Shown: positions 32,357 through 43,266, numbered from the stretch's first letter. The stretch: 64,000 bases of DNA from Sphingomonas bacterium (GCA_028292925.1 JAQGLK010000001.1:4557-68556); one strand, 5' to 3'. A program made the numbers and translations. The notes: generated by a model not told the origin, from the sequence alone.

Positions 32357-33457
32357 TCAATAGAGGAACATCGGCATCCCCTCGATCCGCATCAGCTTGG
32401 CGCGATAGCGGTCGGCATCGTAAAGGCCGTGGACGTCGACCGACTTCACGCCCTGCATCAGGGTGTCGGCGGGAACGTGGCCGTATTTGCCGTCGTGCAG
32501 CGTCACCATCCGCCCGGTTCGGCCCGACTGGATCAACTGTACCGCAAGCCCGCCGAACGCGAAGCCCACCATCCGGTCCATCGCATCCGGTTCGCCCGCG
32601 CGCATCAGATAGGCGAGTTCCTGCACCACAGTGCCCTGCCGGGTCCGCTCCTCGATCGCGCGCGCCAGCACGTGGCCGACGCTCACGTCGTTGCGCTGCG
32701 TGGCGGGCTTGGCGATGTCGCCGTCGCCCTGCGCGCCGCCGACGATCTTGGCGCCTTCCGAGATGACGCACACGGCGTAGTTGGACGGGCGCGATCTCTT
32801 GTCCTCGATCAGCAGCGGCAGCAGCCGATCGAGATCGGCGGGCACTTCGGAGATCACCGTGCGATCCACCTGCGCGAGGAAGCCGGACAGCAACGCCGTC
32901 TCGCCGCTGCGCCGCCCGAACAATTCGATCACGCCGATCCGTTCGTGGCTTTCGATCGTGGTGCGCAGCGCGTTGATCGCCTCGACCGATCGACTCACCG
33001 CCGTTGAAAAACCGATGCAGTAATCGGTGCCGAAAACGTCGTTGTCCATCGTCTTGGGAATCGAGACGATCGGGAAGCCCAGGCTCGCCAGATGCGCGGA
33101 AAAGCGCAGCGTGCCATCCCCGCCCAGCGTGATCATCGCGTCGATCTTCAACGCCTGGAGCACCGCCAGCACATGTTCGGTGCGATCGCCCTCCTTCACG
33201 GTGCGCGGATCTGTGCGCGAGGTGTGGAGCACCGTGCCGCCCATGCGATCGATGTTGCGCACCGCATCCCGGTCCAGCCGATAGCTGTTGGCAACCACCG
33301 TGGAAGGATCGTCGGGATCGATCTTGAGGAAACCGGCCCAGCCCCGCCTGAACCCGACGATTTCCCAGCCGAGATCGATCGCCGACAGCACGACCGACCG
33401 GATACAGGGGTTGAGGCCGGGAACGTCGCCGCCGCCGGTCAGGATTCCGATGCGCAT
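32357..33457 (-). CDS. pfk: 6-phosphofructokinase (PfkA family; phosphoryl donor ATP or PPi not resolvable)
   Basis: MRIGILTGGGDVPGLNPCIR, ITLGGDGTLRF, SIPKTMDNDV, VIELFGRRSGE. Confidence 0.85.
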   Translation of the reverse strand: MRIGILTGGGDVPGLNPCIRSVVLSAIDLGWEIVGFRRGWAGFLKIDPDDPSTVVANSYRLDRDAVRNIDRMGGTVLHTSRTDPRTVKEGDRTEHVLAVLQALKIDAMITLGGDGTLRFSAHLASLGFPIVSIPKTMDNDVFGTDYCIGFSTAVSRSVEAINALRTTIESHERIGVIELFGRRSGETALLSGFLAQVDRTVISEVPADLDRLLPLLIEDKRSRPSNYAVCVISEGAKIVGGAQGDGDIAKPATQRNDVSVGHVLARAIEERTRQGTVVQELAYLMRAGEPDAMDRMVGFAFGGLAVQLIQSGRTGRMVTLHDGKYGHVPADTLMQGVKSVDVHGLYDADRYRAKLMRIEGMPMFLY

Positions 33458-33505
33458 GCCACCCCCGGTATGAAACTGTACCGCGACCCTCTATCCGACG
33501 CGTCC

Positions 33506-34873
33506 ATGCGCCTCAACGTTCAAGAAATCCGCGCCGAGGCCGGTCGCATCCTGCGGCTGGCCTGGCCGGTGATGCTGACCAGCCTCAACTGGACCTTGAT
33601 GCACCTGATCGACGTCGCGGTGGTCGGCCATGCCGGCACCGGCGAGCTTGGGGCGCTGGCGGCGGGCCGAACGCTGACGTTCGTCACCATCGTCATGGGG
33701 CTGGCCGGCATGTCGGGGGTGCTGGTGTTCACGTCGCGTGCCGACGGCGCGGGCGATCTGCGCGCGACGGGCGAGTATCTGCGCAGCGGCCTGCTGCTCG
33801 GGCTGGGGCTCGGGTTGCCGGCGATGGCGATCCTGCTCGTCTGGTCGGAACCGATGATCCGCGCTGCCGGCGTGGCACCCGATCTGGTCGCCGGGGGCAC
33901 GGCGGTCGTCCGGGCAATGGCCTTCTCCTACCCGTTCCAGTTCGTTCTCGCCGCCACCGGCTATTTCCTGGAGGCGGTCAGCCGGCCGCGGCGCGTGGCG
34001 ATCGTCAACCTCGTCATGCTGCCGTTGAACGCGATACTCGCCTGGGCGTGGGTCGGCGGGCATTTCGGGCTGCCGGCGCGCGGCGCGGTGGGTGCGGTGC
34101 TGGCGACGGCGCTGGTCTCCGCGCTCGGCTCGGCGGCGATGCTGGCGGCCGCCTGGCTGCTGCCGGAGGCGCGGGCGCGCGGGGTGCGCGATCTTTCTGC
34201 GGTGGCCTGGTTGCGGGCGTTGCGCGGGGTGCCGCGGCTGATCCACTTCGGCATCGTCCCCTCGCTCACCTCCGGGCTGGAGCTGGCCGGCTTTTCCTAC
34301 CTGATCGTGCTGTCGACGCAGCTCGGCGCGACTGCGGCGGCGGCGTGCCAGACGGTCTTGTCCCTCCATAATTTCGCGGTCGCGATCGGGCTGGGGTTCG
34401 GATCGGCGGCGGGTGTCCGCGCCGGCAATGCGGTAGGCGAGGGCAGGCCGCTGGCGGCGGTGCGGCGCGCGCTGATCGCGGCGGCGCTGGCGAGCGTCGC
34501 GATGGCCGCGCTGGGCGCGCTCTATGCGCTGGGGGCGGCACCGCTGATGCGCCCGTTCAGCGAAGATCCGGCGATGCTGACGATGGGTGCGGCGATGCTG
34601 GCGATGCTGGCCCCGTTCATGTTCTTCGACGGGATCCAGATCGTTCTGGTCTACACGCTGCGCTCGCTCGGCGATCAGGTTGCGGCCGGGCTGTTCGGGG
34701 TGGTCGCTTTTTTCGGGGTGACCGGCGGCCTGGGCTGGGCGCTGGTGCGCGGCGGCGTCGGCCCGATGGCGCTGATCTATGCGTCCGGGGCCGGGATGGT
34801 TGCGGCCGCGCTGCTGCAGGGCACGCGGATGGCGGTGATCAGTTCGCGCCTGCGCCGGCAAAGCTCAGGTTGA
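33506..34873 (+). CDS. MATE family efflux transporter
   Basis: [30 protein letters not shown] is a typical MATE N-terminus. About 12 hydrophobic helices over 455 aa. ATG 33506; the track ORF starts further upstream inside pfk antisense sequence. Confidence 0.8.
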   Translation: MRLNVQEIRAEAGRILRLAWPVMLTSLNWTLMHLIDVAVVGHAGTGELGALAAGRTLTFVTIVMGLAGMSGVLVFTSRADGAGDLRATGEYLRSGLLLGLGLGLPAMAILLVWSEPMIRAAGVAPDLVAGGTAVVRAMAFSYPFQFVLAATGYFLEAVSRPRRVAIVNLVMLPLNAILAWAWVGGHFGLPARGAVGAVLATALVSALGSAAMLAAAWLLPEARARGVRDLSAVAWLRALRGVPRLIHFGIVPSLTSGLELAGFSYLIVLSTQLGATAAAACQTVLSLHNFAVAIGLGFGSAAGVRAGNAVGEGRPLAAVRRALIAAALASVAMAALGALYALGAAPLMRPFSEDPAMLTMGAAMLAMLAPFMFFDGIQIVLVYTLRSLGDQVAAGLFGVVAFFGVTGGLGWALVRGGVGPMALIYASGAGMVAAALLQGTRMAVISSRLRRQSSG

Positions 34874-35678
34874 GCGCGCGGGCGGCGCGCGGCACGTCGA
34901 GCGCGGCGCTGTCGAACTCGGCAGTGCCGCCCGGCGGCAGCTTGGCGACGGGGCGTGCGATCGTCCAGCTATAGACGACCCGCGATCGCGAATCGAGCAA
35001 CTGGGCGCGGATGTTCGGCACGTTCTGCGTCGTCTCGCTCGGGTTGACGATGCGGCCGGTGACGGAGAACAGCTCGTTGCCGCTCTCCATCGGCCGCCGC
35101 TCGGGCTTCTGCGTCACCTCGATGGTCAGCGCGCCGCCCGTATCGGCCGCAAGCCCCAGCCGCGCGGCCAGCGCCGGCGGGCCGAACGTCACGATCGCGC
35201 CCACCGCGCTCAGCATCAGCAACGCCGCGAGGACGGCGACGGCCGTCCACAGCCGCGCCGGATTGCGGCGCAGGCGGGCGCCCCAGCCCGTCCCTCGCAC
35301 CCGCGTGGCGATCGCGGGAAGATGCATGCTCGGTGGCGGGGCGGAACCAGCATCCTCATCCGCCGGCGTTTCGGCAACCGCCGCGACGATCGCCTCGGGC
35401 GGCGGCGACGCCGGCTTTGCGGCAACCGGATCGACGGTGGGGGCGGGGGCCATTTCGGGCGCCACCTCGGGCACGACTTCCGGCGCTACCTCGGCCGGTG
35501 GTGCGGGTTCGACGGCGGACTGGTCCGCAGGCGGATATTCGCCGTCCGCCGTGGGTTCGCGAGGCGTCTCGAACCAGCTTTCCCGGCAGGAGGCGCAGCG
35601 CACCTGGCGGCCTTCCGGCCCGATAGCGGTATCCGGGACGACATAACGGGTCTGGCAGGCGGGGCAGGAAAGTATCAT
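34839..35678 (-). CDS. MJ0042-type zinc-ribbon domain protein (DUF3426-like C-terminus)
   Basis: [36 protein letters not shown] is the zinc ribbon, followed by a Pro/Ala-rich linker, one TM segment ([21 protein letters not shown]) and a C-terminal beta-rich domain. It is divergent from ftsE, as is common in alphaproteobacteria. Confidence 0.7.
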   Translation of the reverse strand: MILSCPACQTRYVVPDTAIGPEGRQVRCASCRESWFETPREPTADGEYPPADQSAVEPAPPAEVAPEVVPEVAPEMAPAPTVDPVAAKPASPPPEAIVAAVAETPADEDAGSAPPPSMHLPAIATRVRGTGWGARLRRNPARLWTAVAVLAALLMLSAVGAIVTFGPPALAARLGLAADTGGALTIEVTQKPERRPMESGNELFSVTGRIVNPSETTQNVPNIRAQLLDSRSRVVYSWTIARPVAKLPPGGTAEFDSAALDVPRAARALNLSFAGAGAN

Positions 35679-35845
35679 CGGTCCGGAACGCTGAGGGTGG
35701 CGGGCAGGGTTTGCGGCGCGTCGGCGATCTAAACACCGTGGGCAGGACGCTGGCAAGCGTGCCATCGCAGTCGGTGCGGTGAGGGTGTCGCGGCTTTACG
35801 CGCGGCGCAGGCCTGTGCCATGGGCGGGCATGCTGCCTGTACCGG

Positions 35846-36589
35846 GTGGCGACGGGCGACAACGGAGGCGTGGGTAGCGCGGTGGCGGGCATCGTGCAGT
35901 TCGAGAATGTCGGCCTGCGCTACGGCACGGGCGCGGAAACGCTGTCCGACATCAGCTTCACCCTGGAAACCGGGGCCTTCTATTTTCTCACCGGCCCGTC
36001 GGGCGCGGGCAAGACATCGCTGCTGCGGATGCTCTATCTGGCGCAGCGGCCGAGCCGTGGGATGATCCACCTGTTCGACGAGGATGTCGTCACCCTGCCC
36101 CGCGCGAGGATGCCGGGCTTTCGCCGTCGCATCGGCGTGGTGTTCCAGGATTTCCGGCTTGTCCCCTATCTCTCGGCGTTCGACAATATCGCGTTGCCGC
36201 TGCGCGTGGCGGGGGTGGCCGAGGACGAGATCGAGACCCCTGTGCGCGAGATGCTGCAGTGGGTGGGCCTCGCCAAACGGGCCGAGTCGCGCCCGGCGAC
36301 GCTTTCCGGCGGCGAGCAGCAGCGCGTTGCGATAGCCCGCGCGGTCATCACCCGGCCGGATATCCTGGTGGCCGACGAGCCGACCGGCAACGTCGATCCG
36401 GCGATGGCCGGGCGGCTGCTCCACCTGTTTTCGGCGCTCAACACGCTCGGCACGACGATCGTCGTCGCCACCCACGACGTCCACCTCCTGTCGCGCATCT
36501 CCCACGCCGAGACGCTGCGGCTGGAAGAAGGGCGGATCGTCGATCCGACGGGCGCGGTGCGCAATCCGCCAGGCCGGACCGCTTCGTGA
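35846..36589 (+). CDS. ftsE: Cell division ATP-binding protein FtsE
   Basis: Walker A GPSGAGKTS, signature LSGGEQQRVAIARA, Walker B ILVADEPTGNVD. Followed by ftsX. The start is ambiguous: ATG 35846 or in-frame GTG 35882 / 35894 behind GGAGG at 35864-35868. Confidence 0.85.
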   Translation: MATGDNGGVGSAVAGIVQFENVGLRYGTGAETLSDISFTLETGAFYFLTGPSGAGKTSLLRMLYLAQRPSRGMIHLFDEDVVTLPRARMPGFRRRIGVVFQDFRLVPYLSAFDNIALPLRVAGVAEDEIETPVREMLQWVGLAKRAESRPATLSGGEQQRVAIARAVITRPDILVADEPTGNVDPAMAGRLLHLFSALNTLGTTIVVATHDVHLLSRISHAETLRLEEGRIVDPTGAVRNPPGRTAS

Positions 36590-36611
36590 TCTTCGGGCCA
36601 GGATCCAGGGC

Positions 36612-37529
36612 ATGATCGGGGGTGTCGTCGAAGCTGTCACCGGCACGCTGCGGGTCCCCCCGGCCGAGCGGCGGCTGCTGCCGGAGGGGCGCGTTGCCGG
36701 GCCGATGCCGTGGGTGATCGCGATCATGATGTTCCTGACGGTGCTCACCGCGGCGGGTGGGCTGGCCATGCGCCACGCCGCAGCGACGATCGGCGCGGAC
36801 CTTGCCGATCGCTTCACCGTCCAGATCGTCGAGGCCGATCCCGCCGCCCGCGAGGCGCAGGCGCAGGCGGCAATCGCCTATCTGCGCCGGGATCGCCGGA
36901 TCGCCTCGCTCCGCAGGGTGCCGACGGCCGAGATGAAGTCCCTGCTCGAGCCGTGGCTCGGCGACGGCGGGATGGGCGACGAACTGCCGCTGCCGGTGCT
37001 GATCGATGCCGTTCTCGCCGCTGATGGCGATCGCGACGTGGCTGCGCTGCGATCCGCGCTGGCCCGCGCCGCGCCGGCCGCGCGGATCGACGAACATGGC
37101 CAGGTGCTCGCCCCGCTGGCGGGCTTGATCGCGGCGCTGAAATGGCTCGCGCTCGCGCTCGTCGTGCTGATGAGCATCGCGGCGGCGGCAACGGTGACGC
37201 TGGCAGCGCGGGCCGCGCTCGATACCCACCGGGCCGCGATCGATGTGATGCACCTGCTCGGTGCGACGGACGTGCAGATCGCCCGGCTGTTTCAGCGGCG
37301 GCTGGCGCTGGACGCGCTGTTCGGCGGGCTGGTCGGGCTGGCCGGCGCAGGGGCCGTCATCCTGCTGATCGGGCAGCGCATCGGCGGGCTCGGATCGGAG
37401 CTGCTGGGTTCGCTGACTCTGCCGGTCGGGGCATGGCTTCTCCTGCTGATGCTGCCGGTGCTCGGCGCGGTGCTGGCGATGCTGGCGGCGCGTTTCACCG
37501 TGCTTTCCGCGCTTCGGCGGATCCTGTGA
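36612..37529 (+). CDS. ftsX: Cell division permease-like protein FtsX
   Basis: Four TM helices and a periplasmic domain between TM1 and TM2. The C-terminal half is ALKWLALALVVLMSIAAAATV...MHLLGATDVQIARLF. Located directly after ftsE. Confidence 0.8.
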   Translation: MIGGVVEAVTGTLRVPPAERRLLPEGRVAGPMPWVIAIMMFLTVLTAAGGLAMRHAAATIGADLADRFTVQIVEADPAAREAQAQAAIAYLRRDRRIASLRRVPTAEMKSLLEPWLGDGGMGDELPLPVLIDAVLAADGDRDVAALRSALARAAPAARIDEHGQVLAPLAGLIAALKWLALALVVLMSIAAAATVTLAARAALDTHRAAIDVMHLLGATDVQIARLFQRRLALDALFGGLVGLAGAGAVILLIGQRIGGLGSELLGSLTLPVGAWLLLLMLPVLGAVLAMLAARFTVLSALRRIL

Positions 37530-37542
37530 AGCGTTCCGGCCG

Positions 37543-38073
37543 GTGATCGTCCGCCTCGCCTCGGCGCTGTTGCTGGCGTGGATGCTGGGCTTCGCCTGGT
37601 TCGCCGTCGGCCTGCCCGGCCCGGCGGACGACCGGGTGACGGACGCAATCGTCGTGCCTACCGGGGGCACCGGGCGGGTGAAGCGCGGCATCGACCTGCT
37701 GGCGCGGCACCGGGCACGGCGGGTGCTGCTCTCCGGGGTAGACCGGCGCGTCCGCCCGAGCGAGATTGCGGAGACGTTCGGGGCCTCGCCCGCACTCGTC
37801 GCGTGCTGCATCGATCTGGGGCGCGAGGCGGTGGATACGCGGTCGAACGGCGCGGAAACCGCCGCCTGGATCCGCGCCCATGGCTACCGGACGGTGCGGC
37901 TGGTGACGACCGACTGGCACATGGCCCGCGCGCGTTTCGAACTGGCCCGGCTGCTCGGCCCGGAGGTGGTGCTGATCGCGGACGGCGTACCCAGCGAGCC
38001 GGGGTTCCGGGTGTTGCTGACGGAATATAACAAGTATCTGCTGCGCCGCCTGAGCGGGCCGTTCGGGCTGTGA
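37543..38073 (+). CDS. YdcF/DUF218 (ElyC/SanA-like) family protein
   Basis: N-terminal TM segment, then DAIVVPTGGTGRVKRGIDLL, VLLSGVD, DTRSNGAETAAW, VRLVTTDWHMARA. Confidence 0.75.
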   Translation: MIVRLASALLLAWMLGFAWFAVGLPGPADDRVTDAIVVPTGGTGRVKRGIDLLARHRARRVLLSGVDRRVRPSEIAETFGASPALVACCIDLGREAVDTRSNGAETAAWIRAHGYRTVRLVTTDWHMARARFELARLLGPEVVLIADGVPSEPGFRVLLTEYNKYLLRRLSGPFGL

Positions 38074-38807
38074 GCGCCCCCGCCCCCGCCCCCGCGACCC
38101 GTGCGGACGTCGCGCGATCGGTGCTGTTCGCGATCGTCTTCTATGGCGGCACGATCGGCGCGGTGCTGCTGGCGCCGGTGATGGCGCTGCTCGGCCCGCG
38201 GGTGATTCTCTGGTGGGGCACGGACTGGCTGCTTTTCCACGGCTGGTGCGCCCGGGTGCTGCTGCGGATCGAGCGGCGGGTGGAAGGGGTGATCCCGGAC
38301 CGCCCTGTTCTCTACGCCGCCAAGCACCAATCGATGTACGAAACGATCGAGCTGGCCGCGATGCTCGGTTCCCCGGCCGTGCTGGTGAAGCGCGAACTGG
38401 CCCGGATCCCGGCCTGGGGGTGGGCGGCGAAACGGTGGGGCGTGATCCCCGTCGATCGCGAAGGATCGGCAGCGGCACTGCGCGAGATGCTGCGCGCCGG
38501 ACGCGCGGCGATCGACGGCGGCCGCGCGCTGCTGATCTTTCCCGAGGGAACCCGCGTCCCGACCGGCGAGACGCCGCCGCTCCGCTCCGGCTTTGCCGGG
38601 CTGTACCGGATGCTTGCCGTCGATGTCGTGCCGATCGCGCTGGATGCCGGGCGGCTGTGGCCTCGGCGCAGCTTCGTCAAGCGGGCGGGGGTGGTGACGT
38701 TCCGTTTCGGCGAGACCGTGCCCGCCGGGCTGCCGCGCCGCGTTGCGGAGGCGCGGGTCCACGCGGCGATCAACGCACTGGAAAACGACGCGGAGAAGCC
38801 CGCTTAA
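38070..38807 (+). CDS. plsC: 1-acyl-sn-glycerol-3-phosphate acyltransferase
   Basis: YAAKHQSMYETI (HX4-acidic motif), LLIFPEGTRVP, IVPIALD. The GTG start overlaps the upstream stop (GTGA). Confidence 0.85.
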   Translation: MSAPAPAPATRADVARSVLFAIVFYGGTIGAVLLAPVMALLGPRVILWWGTDWLLFHGWCARVLLRIERRVEGVIPDRPVLYAAKHQSMYETIELAAMLGSPAVLVKRELARIPAWGWAAKRWGVIPVDREGSAAALREMLRAGRAAIDGGRALLIFPEGTRVPTGETPPLRSGFAGLYRMLAVDVVPIALDAGRLWPRRSFVKRAGVVTFRFGETVPAGLPRRVAEARVHAAINALENDAEKPA

Positions 38808-39712
38808 TCGTGGACCCGGCCGAAATCGGGGCGGGCGTCGTCCTGCCCCTGTTCGATGATGCTGCGGCGGATCGCGCGGGTGCGGGTGAACAGATCGAAC
38901 AAGGCATCGCCGTCGCCCCAGCGGATCGCCCGCTGAAGGGCGGTGAGATCCTCGGAGAAACGCTGCAGCATCTCCAGCACCGCGCCCTTGTTGGCCAGGA
39001 ACACGTCGCGCCACATCGTCGGGTCGGATGCGGCGATGCGGGTGAAATCGCGGAAGCCGCCCGCCGAATATTTGATCACCTCGTGCTGCGTCACCTCCTC
39101 CAGATCGCTGGCGGTGCCGACGATGGTGTAGGCGATCAGGTGCGGCAGGTGGCTGGTCACCGCCAGCACCAGATCGTGGTGGGCGGCATCCATGATGTCC
39201 ACCCGCGCCCCGATCCTCTCCCAGAAGGTCGAGACGCGCATGACCGCCGCCGGATCGGCGTCGCCGGCCGGGGTGAGGATGCACCAGCGGCCGTTGAACA
39301 GGCTGGCGAAGCCGGCGTCCGGCCCGCTATTCTCGGTGCCCGCCACCGGGTGTGCCGGCACGATGGCTATTCCCGGCAGCGCCTCCGCCAGCGCCTTGGC
39401 CACGCCCGCCTTGGACGAGCCGACATCGGAGACGATCGCGTCGGCGGGCAGGTCGGCGGCGATCGATGCCGCCACCGCCCCCATCGCGCCGACCGGCACG
39501 CACAGGATGACGAAATCGGCGTCCATCACCGCCGCGCCGGGTGTATCGGTAAGCTCGTCCACCAGGTCGAGCTCGACGGCGCGGGCGCGCACCGCAGGAT
39601 CGGCATCGTAGCCGGAAAGGTGCACCGTCGGCATCGACTGGCGCACGGCGCGGGCGATCGAGGACCCGATCAGCCCCAGCCCCAGGATCGCGACGCGCGC
39701 GAAGGGCAGCAT
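38804..39712 (-). CDS. tyrC: Prephenate/arogenate dehydrogenase
   Basis: VAILGLGLIGSSIARA (NAD fold), VSDVGSSK, VPAHPVAGTE, HDLVLAVTSHLPHLIAY, GFRDFTRIAASDPTMWRD. ATG 39712 overlaps the hisC stop (ATGA). The track fuses it to a 687-aa ORF. Confidence 0.85.
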   Translation of the reverse strand: MLPFARVAILGLGLIGSSIARAVRQSMPTVHLSGYDADPAVRARAVELDLVDELTDTPGAAVMDADFVILCVPVGAMGAVAASIAADLPADAIVSDVGSSKAGVAKALAEALPGIAIVPAHPVAGTENSGPDAGFASLFNGRWCILTPAGDADPAAVMRVSTFWERIGARVDIMDAAHHDLVLAVTSHLPHLIAYTIVGTASDLEEVTQHEVIKYSAGGFRDFTRIAASDPTMWRDVFLANKGAVLEMLQRFSEDLTALQRAIRWGDGDALFDLFTRTRAIRRSIIEQGQDDARPDFGRVHD

Positions 39713-40821
39713 CAGAGCGCCGACCCGACCATTTCGCGGAGCGCCGCCACCAGCCGCTGCATCTCGTCCTCGGTGCCGATGGTGATGCGCAGGCCGTGCG
39801 GCAGCTGCTGGCCGGGTAGCCAGCGGGTGATGAAGCCGCGCTCCATCAGGCCGGCAAAGGCGCGCTCGCCGGTCAGCTTCCCCTCGAACAGCACCAGCAC
39901 GAAGTTCGCCTTGGAGGGTACGGTGCGCAGCCCGGCATTGCCCATCCCTGCGATCTGCGCCTCCAGCCAGGTCCGCAGGCGGGCATTGTGGGCCCGGCTC
40001 GCCTCGACGAAGCCATCGTCCGCCAGCGCCGCCACTGCCGCGGCCTGGCCCGCCGTCGTCACGTTGAACGGCGCGCGGATGCGGTGCAGTGCGGTCACCA
40101 CCTCGGCCGAGCCATAGCCCCAGCCGATCCGTTCCGCGGCGAGCCCGTGGATCTTGGAAAAGGTGCGGGTGACGAGGACGTTCGGGGCGGTCCTGGCCAG
40201 ATCGAAGCCGCCATCGTCCTCGGCCGCGTCGACATATTCGTAATAAGCCTGGTCGATGACGAACAGGCAGTCGGCGGGCAGCGCACCGTGCAGCCGCAGC
40301 AGCTCGTCCCGCGGCAGGAAGGTGCCGGTGGGATTGTTCGGATTGGCCAGGAAGACGACGCGGGTGCGTTCCGTAACGCAGGCGAGCAGCGCATCGACGT
40401 CGGTGGCGTAATCCCGGTCCGGCGCCTCGACCGGGGTTGCCCCCACCCTGCGCGTGGCGATCGGATAAACCGAAAAGCCATAACGGACGAACAGGATCTC
40501 GTCGCCCACACCGGCAAAGGCGCCCGCCGCGAGGTGGAGGATCTCGTCCGATCCGGTGCCGTAGATCACCCGCGCCGGATCCAGATCGAACCGCGCCGCG
40601 ATCGCCTCGCGCAGCGCGGTGGCGGAGCCGTCGGGGTAGCGGCCGAGCGTGGCGGCCGCGGCGGCGAACGCCTCGCGCGCAGCCGGGCTGGTGCCGAGCG
40701 GATTCTCGTTGGCGGAAAGCTTGGCCGAGACGATGCCGGAATCGCTGCTCGACCGGCCCGGCACGTAGGGCGCGATGGCATCGATCCAGGGTTTCGGGCG
40801 GGGGGCGGCGGGGGAAGACAT
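39712..40821 (-). CDS. hisC: Histidinol-phosphate aminotransferase
   Basis: [33 protein letters not shown], and [15 protein letters not shown] (PLP lysine motif). Confidence 0.9.
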   Translation of the reverse strand: MSSPAAPRPKPWIDAIAPYVPGRSSSDSGIVSAKLSANENPLGTSPAAREAFAAAAATLGRYPDGSATALREAIAARFDLDPARVIYGTGSDEILHLAAGAFAGVGDEILFVRYGFSVYPIATRRVGATPVEAPDRDYATDVDALLACVTERTRVVFLANPNNPTGTFLPRDELLRLHGALPADCLFVIDQAYYEYVDAAEDDGGFDLARTAPNVLVTRTFSKIHGLAAERIGWGYGSAEVVTALHRIRAPFNVTTAGQAAAVAALADDGFVEASRAHNARLRTWLEAQIAGMGNAGLRTVPSKANFVLVLFEGKLTGERAFAGLMERGFITRWLPGQQLPHGLRITIGTEDEMQRLVAALREMVGSAL

Positions 40822-40978
40822 GGGAAGCGATCGTCCGGACTGAAGGGCGGCACCACGGTTGCGGCACGCCGCTCTAGTGCGCGTTTCGCCCGCGCGAAAG
40901 CGGATAGCGCGAGTGGCCCGCCCGCAACCACGGCGGCAACCGTTGACAAGCCCTCGCCCGCGGCCATAGCGCGCCCGA

Positions 40979-42097
40979 ATGTCCGACGACCTGCGCTTCG
41001 GCCTGGCCCGCCACGTCTCGCTTCCCGGCCCACTCCTGCTCGACGGCGGATCGGTGCTGGCGCCGGTCGAGATCGGCTATGAAACCTATGGCCGGCTCAA
41101 TGCCGACGGATCGAACGCGATCCTGATCTGCCACGCGCTGACCGGGGATCAGCACGTCGCCTCCGCCCATCCGATCACCGGCAAGCCCGGCTGGTGGACG
41201 CGGATGGTGGGGGCGGGGCAGCCGATCGATCCGGCGCGGCACTTCATCATCTGCGCAAACGTGCTGGGCAGCTGCATGGGATCGTCCGGCCCGCCGACGA
41301 TCGATCCGGCGACGGGTGCGCCCTATGCGATGCGCTACCCCGTCATCACCATCCGCGACATGGTGCGCGCGCAAGCCTTGCTGATCGATCATCTCGGCAT
41401 CGCCACCCTGCAGGCGGTCGTCGGCGGATCGATGGGCGGGATGCAGGTGCTCGAATGGGCCGCCACCTTCCCCGATCGCGTCCGGTCCGCGGTCGTGATC
41501 GCCTCGGCGGCGCGGCATTCGGCGCAGAACATCGCCTTCCACGAGGTCGGCCGGCAGGCGATCATGGCCGATCCGCGCTGGCGCGACGGCGATTATTACG
41601 GCGAGAACGATCCCCCCGCCTCCGGCCTCGCGGTGGCGCGGATGGCGGCGCACATCACGTACCTCTCCGAAAGCGGGCTGACCGAGAAGTTCGGCCGGCG
41701 GCTCCAGGCCAAGGACGCCAAGGGGTTCGGCTTCGATGCCGATTTCCAGGTGGAGAGCTATCTGCGCCACCAGGGGATCAGCTTCGTCGACCGGTTCGAT
41801 GCCAATTCGTACCTCTACATCACCCGCGCGACGGATTATTTCGATCTGGCCGAGGAACATGGCGGGCTGCTGGCCAACGCCTTCCGCGGCGCCCGCACGC
41901 GATTCTGCGTGGTGTCGTTCGATTCCGACTGGCTGTACCCGACGCGGGAGGCGCGGCTGATCGTCCACGCGCTGAACGCGGCGGGGGCGGCGGTCAGCTT
42001 CGTCGAGCTGTCCAGCCCGTTCGGGCACGATGCCTTCCTGCTCGACGTGCCGGAGCTGAACCGCGTCGTCGATGGCTTCCTGAGGGCCGGGGAATGA
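40979..42097 (+). CDS. metX: Homoserine O-acetyltransferase
   Basis: [55 protein letters not shown] (nucleophile elbow), [18 protein letters not shown]. Confidence 0.9.
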   Translation: MSDDLRFGLARHVSLPGPLLLDGGSVLAPVEIGYETYGRLNADGSNAILICHALTGDQHVASAHPITGKPGWWTRMVGAGQPIDPARHFIICANVLGSCMGSSGPPTIDPATGAPYAMRYPVITIRDMVRAQALLIDHLGIATLQAVVGGSMGGMQVLEWAATFPDRVRSAVVIASAARHSAQNIAFHEVGRQAIMADPRWRDGDYYGENDPPASGLAVARMAAHITYLSESGLTEKFGRRLQAKDAKGFGFDADFQVESYLRHQGISFVDRFDANSYLYITRATDYFDLAEEHGGLLANAFRGARTRFCVVSFDSDWLYPTREARLIVHALNAAGAAVSFVELSSPFGHDAFLLDVPELNRVVDGFLRAGE

Positions 42098-42681
42098 GCC
42101 TGCGCCCCGATCTGGCGATCATCGCCGATCACGTCGCCAAAGGCGCCCGCGTGCTGGACGTGGGCTGCGGCGATGGCGAGCTGATGGCCGAACTGCGCGA
42201 TCGCAGCGGCGTGGATGCGCGCGGGATCGAGATCGACGCCGCCAACGTCTCCGCCGCGGTCGGCCGCGGGCTGTCGGTGGTGCAGGGCGATGCCGATACC
42301 GATCTGCCTTATTATGCCGATCAGGCCTACGATTACGCGATCCTGAGCCAGACGTTGCAGACCACCCGCGCGCCCGACAAGGTGCTGGAGGAACTGCTCC
42401 GCATCGGCCGCCGCGCGTTCGTCTCGTTCCCGAACTTCGCCTTCTGGCGAGTGCGCTGGTCGCTATTGTGGGGCGGGCGGATGCCGGTGACGCCGGCGCT
42501 GCCGGTCAGCTGGTACGCGACCGAGAACATCCACCAGCTGACCGTGGACGATTTCCGCGCCTTCGTGGCGCAGCGCGGCATCGTGGTGGAGGATGCCTGG
42601 TTCCTCAACGGCGACCGGCGGACCAGTGCGGCGGCGGCCAACTTCCGTGCCGAACATGCGGTGTTCCTGCTCCGCCGCTAG
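42094..42681 (+). CDS. metW: Methionine biosynthesis protein MetW
   Basis: [68 protein letters not shown] overlaps the metX stop (ATGA). Confidence 0.9.
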   Translation: MSLRPDLAIIADHVAKGARVLDVGCGDGELMAELRDRSGVDARGIEIDAANVSAAVGRGLSVVQGDADTDLPYYADQAYDYAILSQTLQTTRAPDKVLEELLRIGRRAFVSFPNFAFWRVRWSLLWGGRMPVTPALPVSWYATENIHQLTVDDFRAFVAQRGIVVEDAWFLNGDRRTSAAAANFRAEHAVFLLRR

Positions 42682-42720
42682 ACGGCCGCCCCCCGGCCAT
42701 CTGGCGGCGGCCGGCTTGGC

Positions 42721-43242
42721 CTACTTGATGACGGCGCAGCCGATGCGATCACCGGCACCGCCGATCGGCTGCGTCCGGTAATCGTCGGCATTGGCGTGGA
42801 CGACGACTGCCGAGCCGTCCGCATCCGTCAGCGCCAGCCGTCCCGCGCCGCCCTTCATCGATACCAAAGTCGAAAACATCTCGGCCTTGGCGGTGCCGTC
42901 GGCGGCGACGAAGAAGTTGGGCAGATCGCCATTATCCTTGCGCGCCGGGTTCAGCAGGCCGTGGACGGGCGGCGCCTTGCCGGCATGGACGTGCGCGCCC
43001 GCGGCCTTGAAGCCGGCATCTGCGCACGTGCCCTTTTCATGGAAATGGATGGCGTGCCAGCCGGGGGTGAGCCCGGTCGCCTCGACCCGGAGCAGCACCC
43101 CGCCCGGCGCCTCCGTCACCTGCACGGTGCCGAGCTGGGCATTGTTCGCCCCGGCCAGCGGGGCTGTGATCGGGCCGGCCGCCAGCGCCGGGACGGCGAT
43201 GGCGGTGGCGGCAAGCGTGGCGATGCGGGCGAGGCGGTTCAT
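42721..43242 (-). CDS. sodC: Periplasmic Cu/Zn superoxide dismutase
   Basis: Signal peptide MNRLARIATLAATAIAVPALA. Also HAIHFHEKGTC, GAHVH, GDLPNF, VVVHANADDYRTQPIGGAGDRIGCAVI. Confidence 0.9.
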   Translation of the reverse strand: MNRLARIATLAATAIAVPALAAGPITAPLAGANNAQLGTVQVTEAPGGVLLRVEATGLTPGWHAIHFHEKGTCADAGFKAAGAHVHAGKAPPVHGLLNPARKDNGDLPNFFVAADGTAKAEMFSTLVSMKGGAGRLALTDADGSAVVVHANADDYRTQPIGGAGDRIGCAVIK

Positions 43243-43266
43243 GGGGGGGCTCCTGGTTGATCTGGG

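Noticed and set aside
35846-36589. The ABC ATPase at 35.8 kb as the missing KpsT.
   Set aside because: It is directly followed by an FtsX-type permease and preceded by the zinc-ribbon gene typical of alphaproteobacterial ftsEX loci. Its sequence is FtsE-like (FENV..Y, GPSGAGKTS, LSGGEQQR).
40822-40978. A possible SAM-II (metA/metX-type) riboswitch upstream of metX.
   Set aside because: A stretch CAACCGUUGACAAGCCC loosely resembles part of the SAM-II core. The strongly conserved GCUAAAAA/AAAGCU pseudoknot element is absent, and I cannot draw the H-type pseudoknot. A covariance-model scan (Rfam SAM-II and SAM-V) would settle it.
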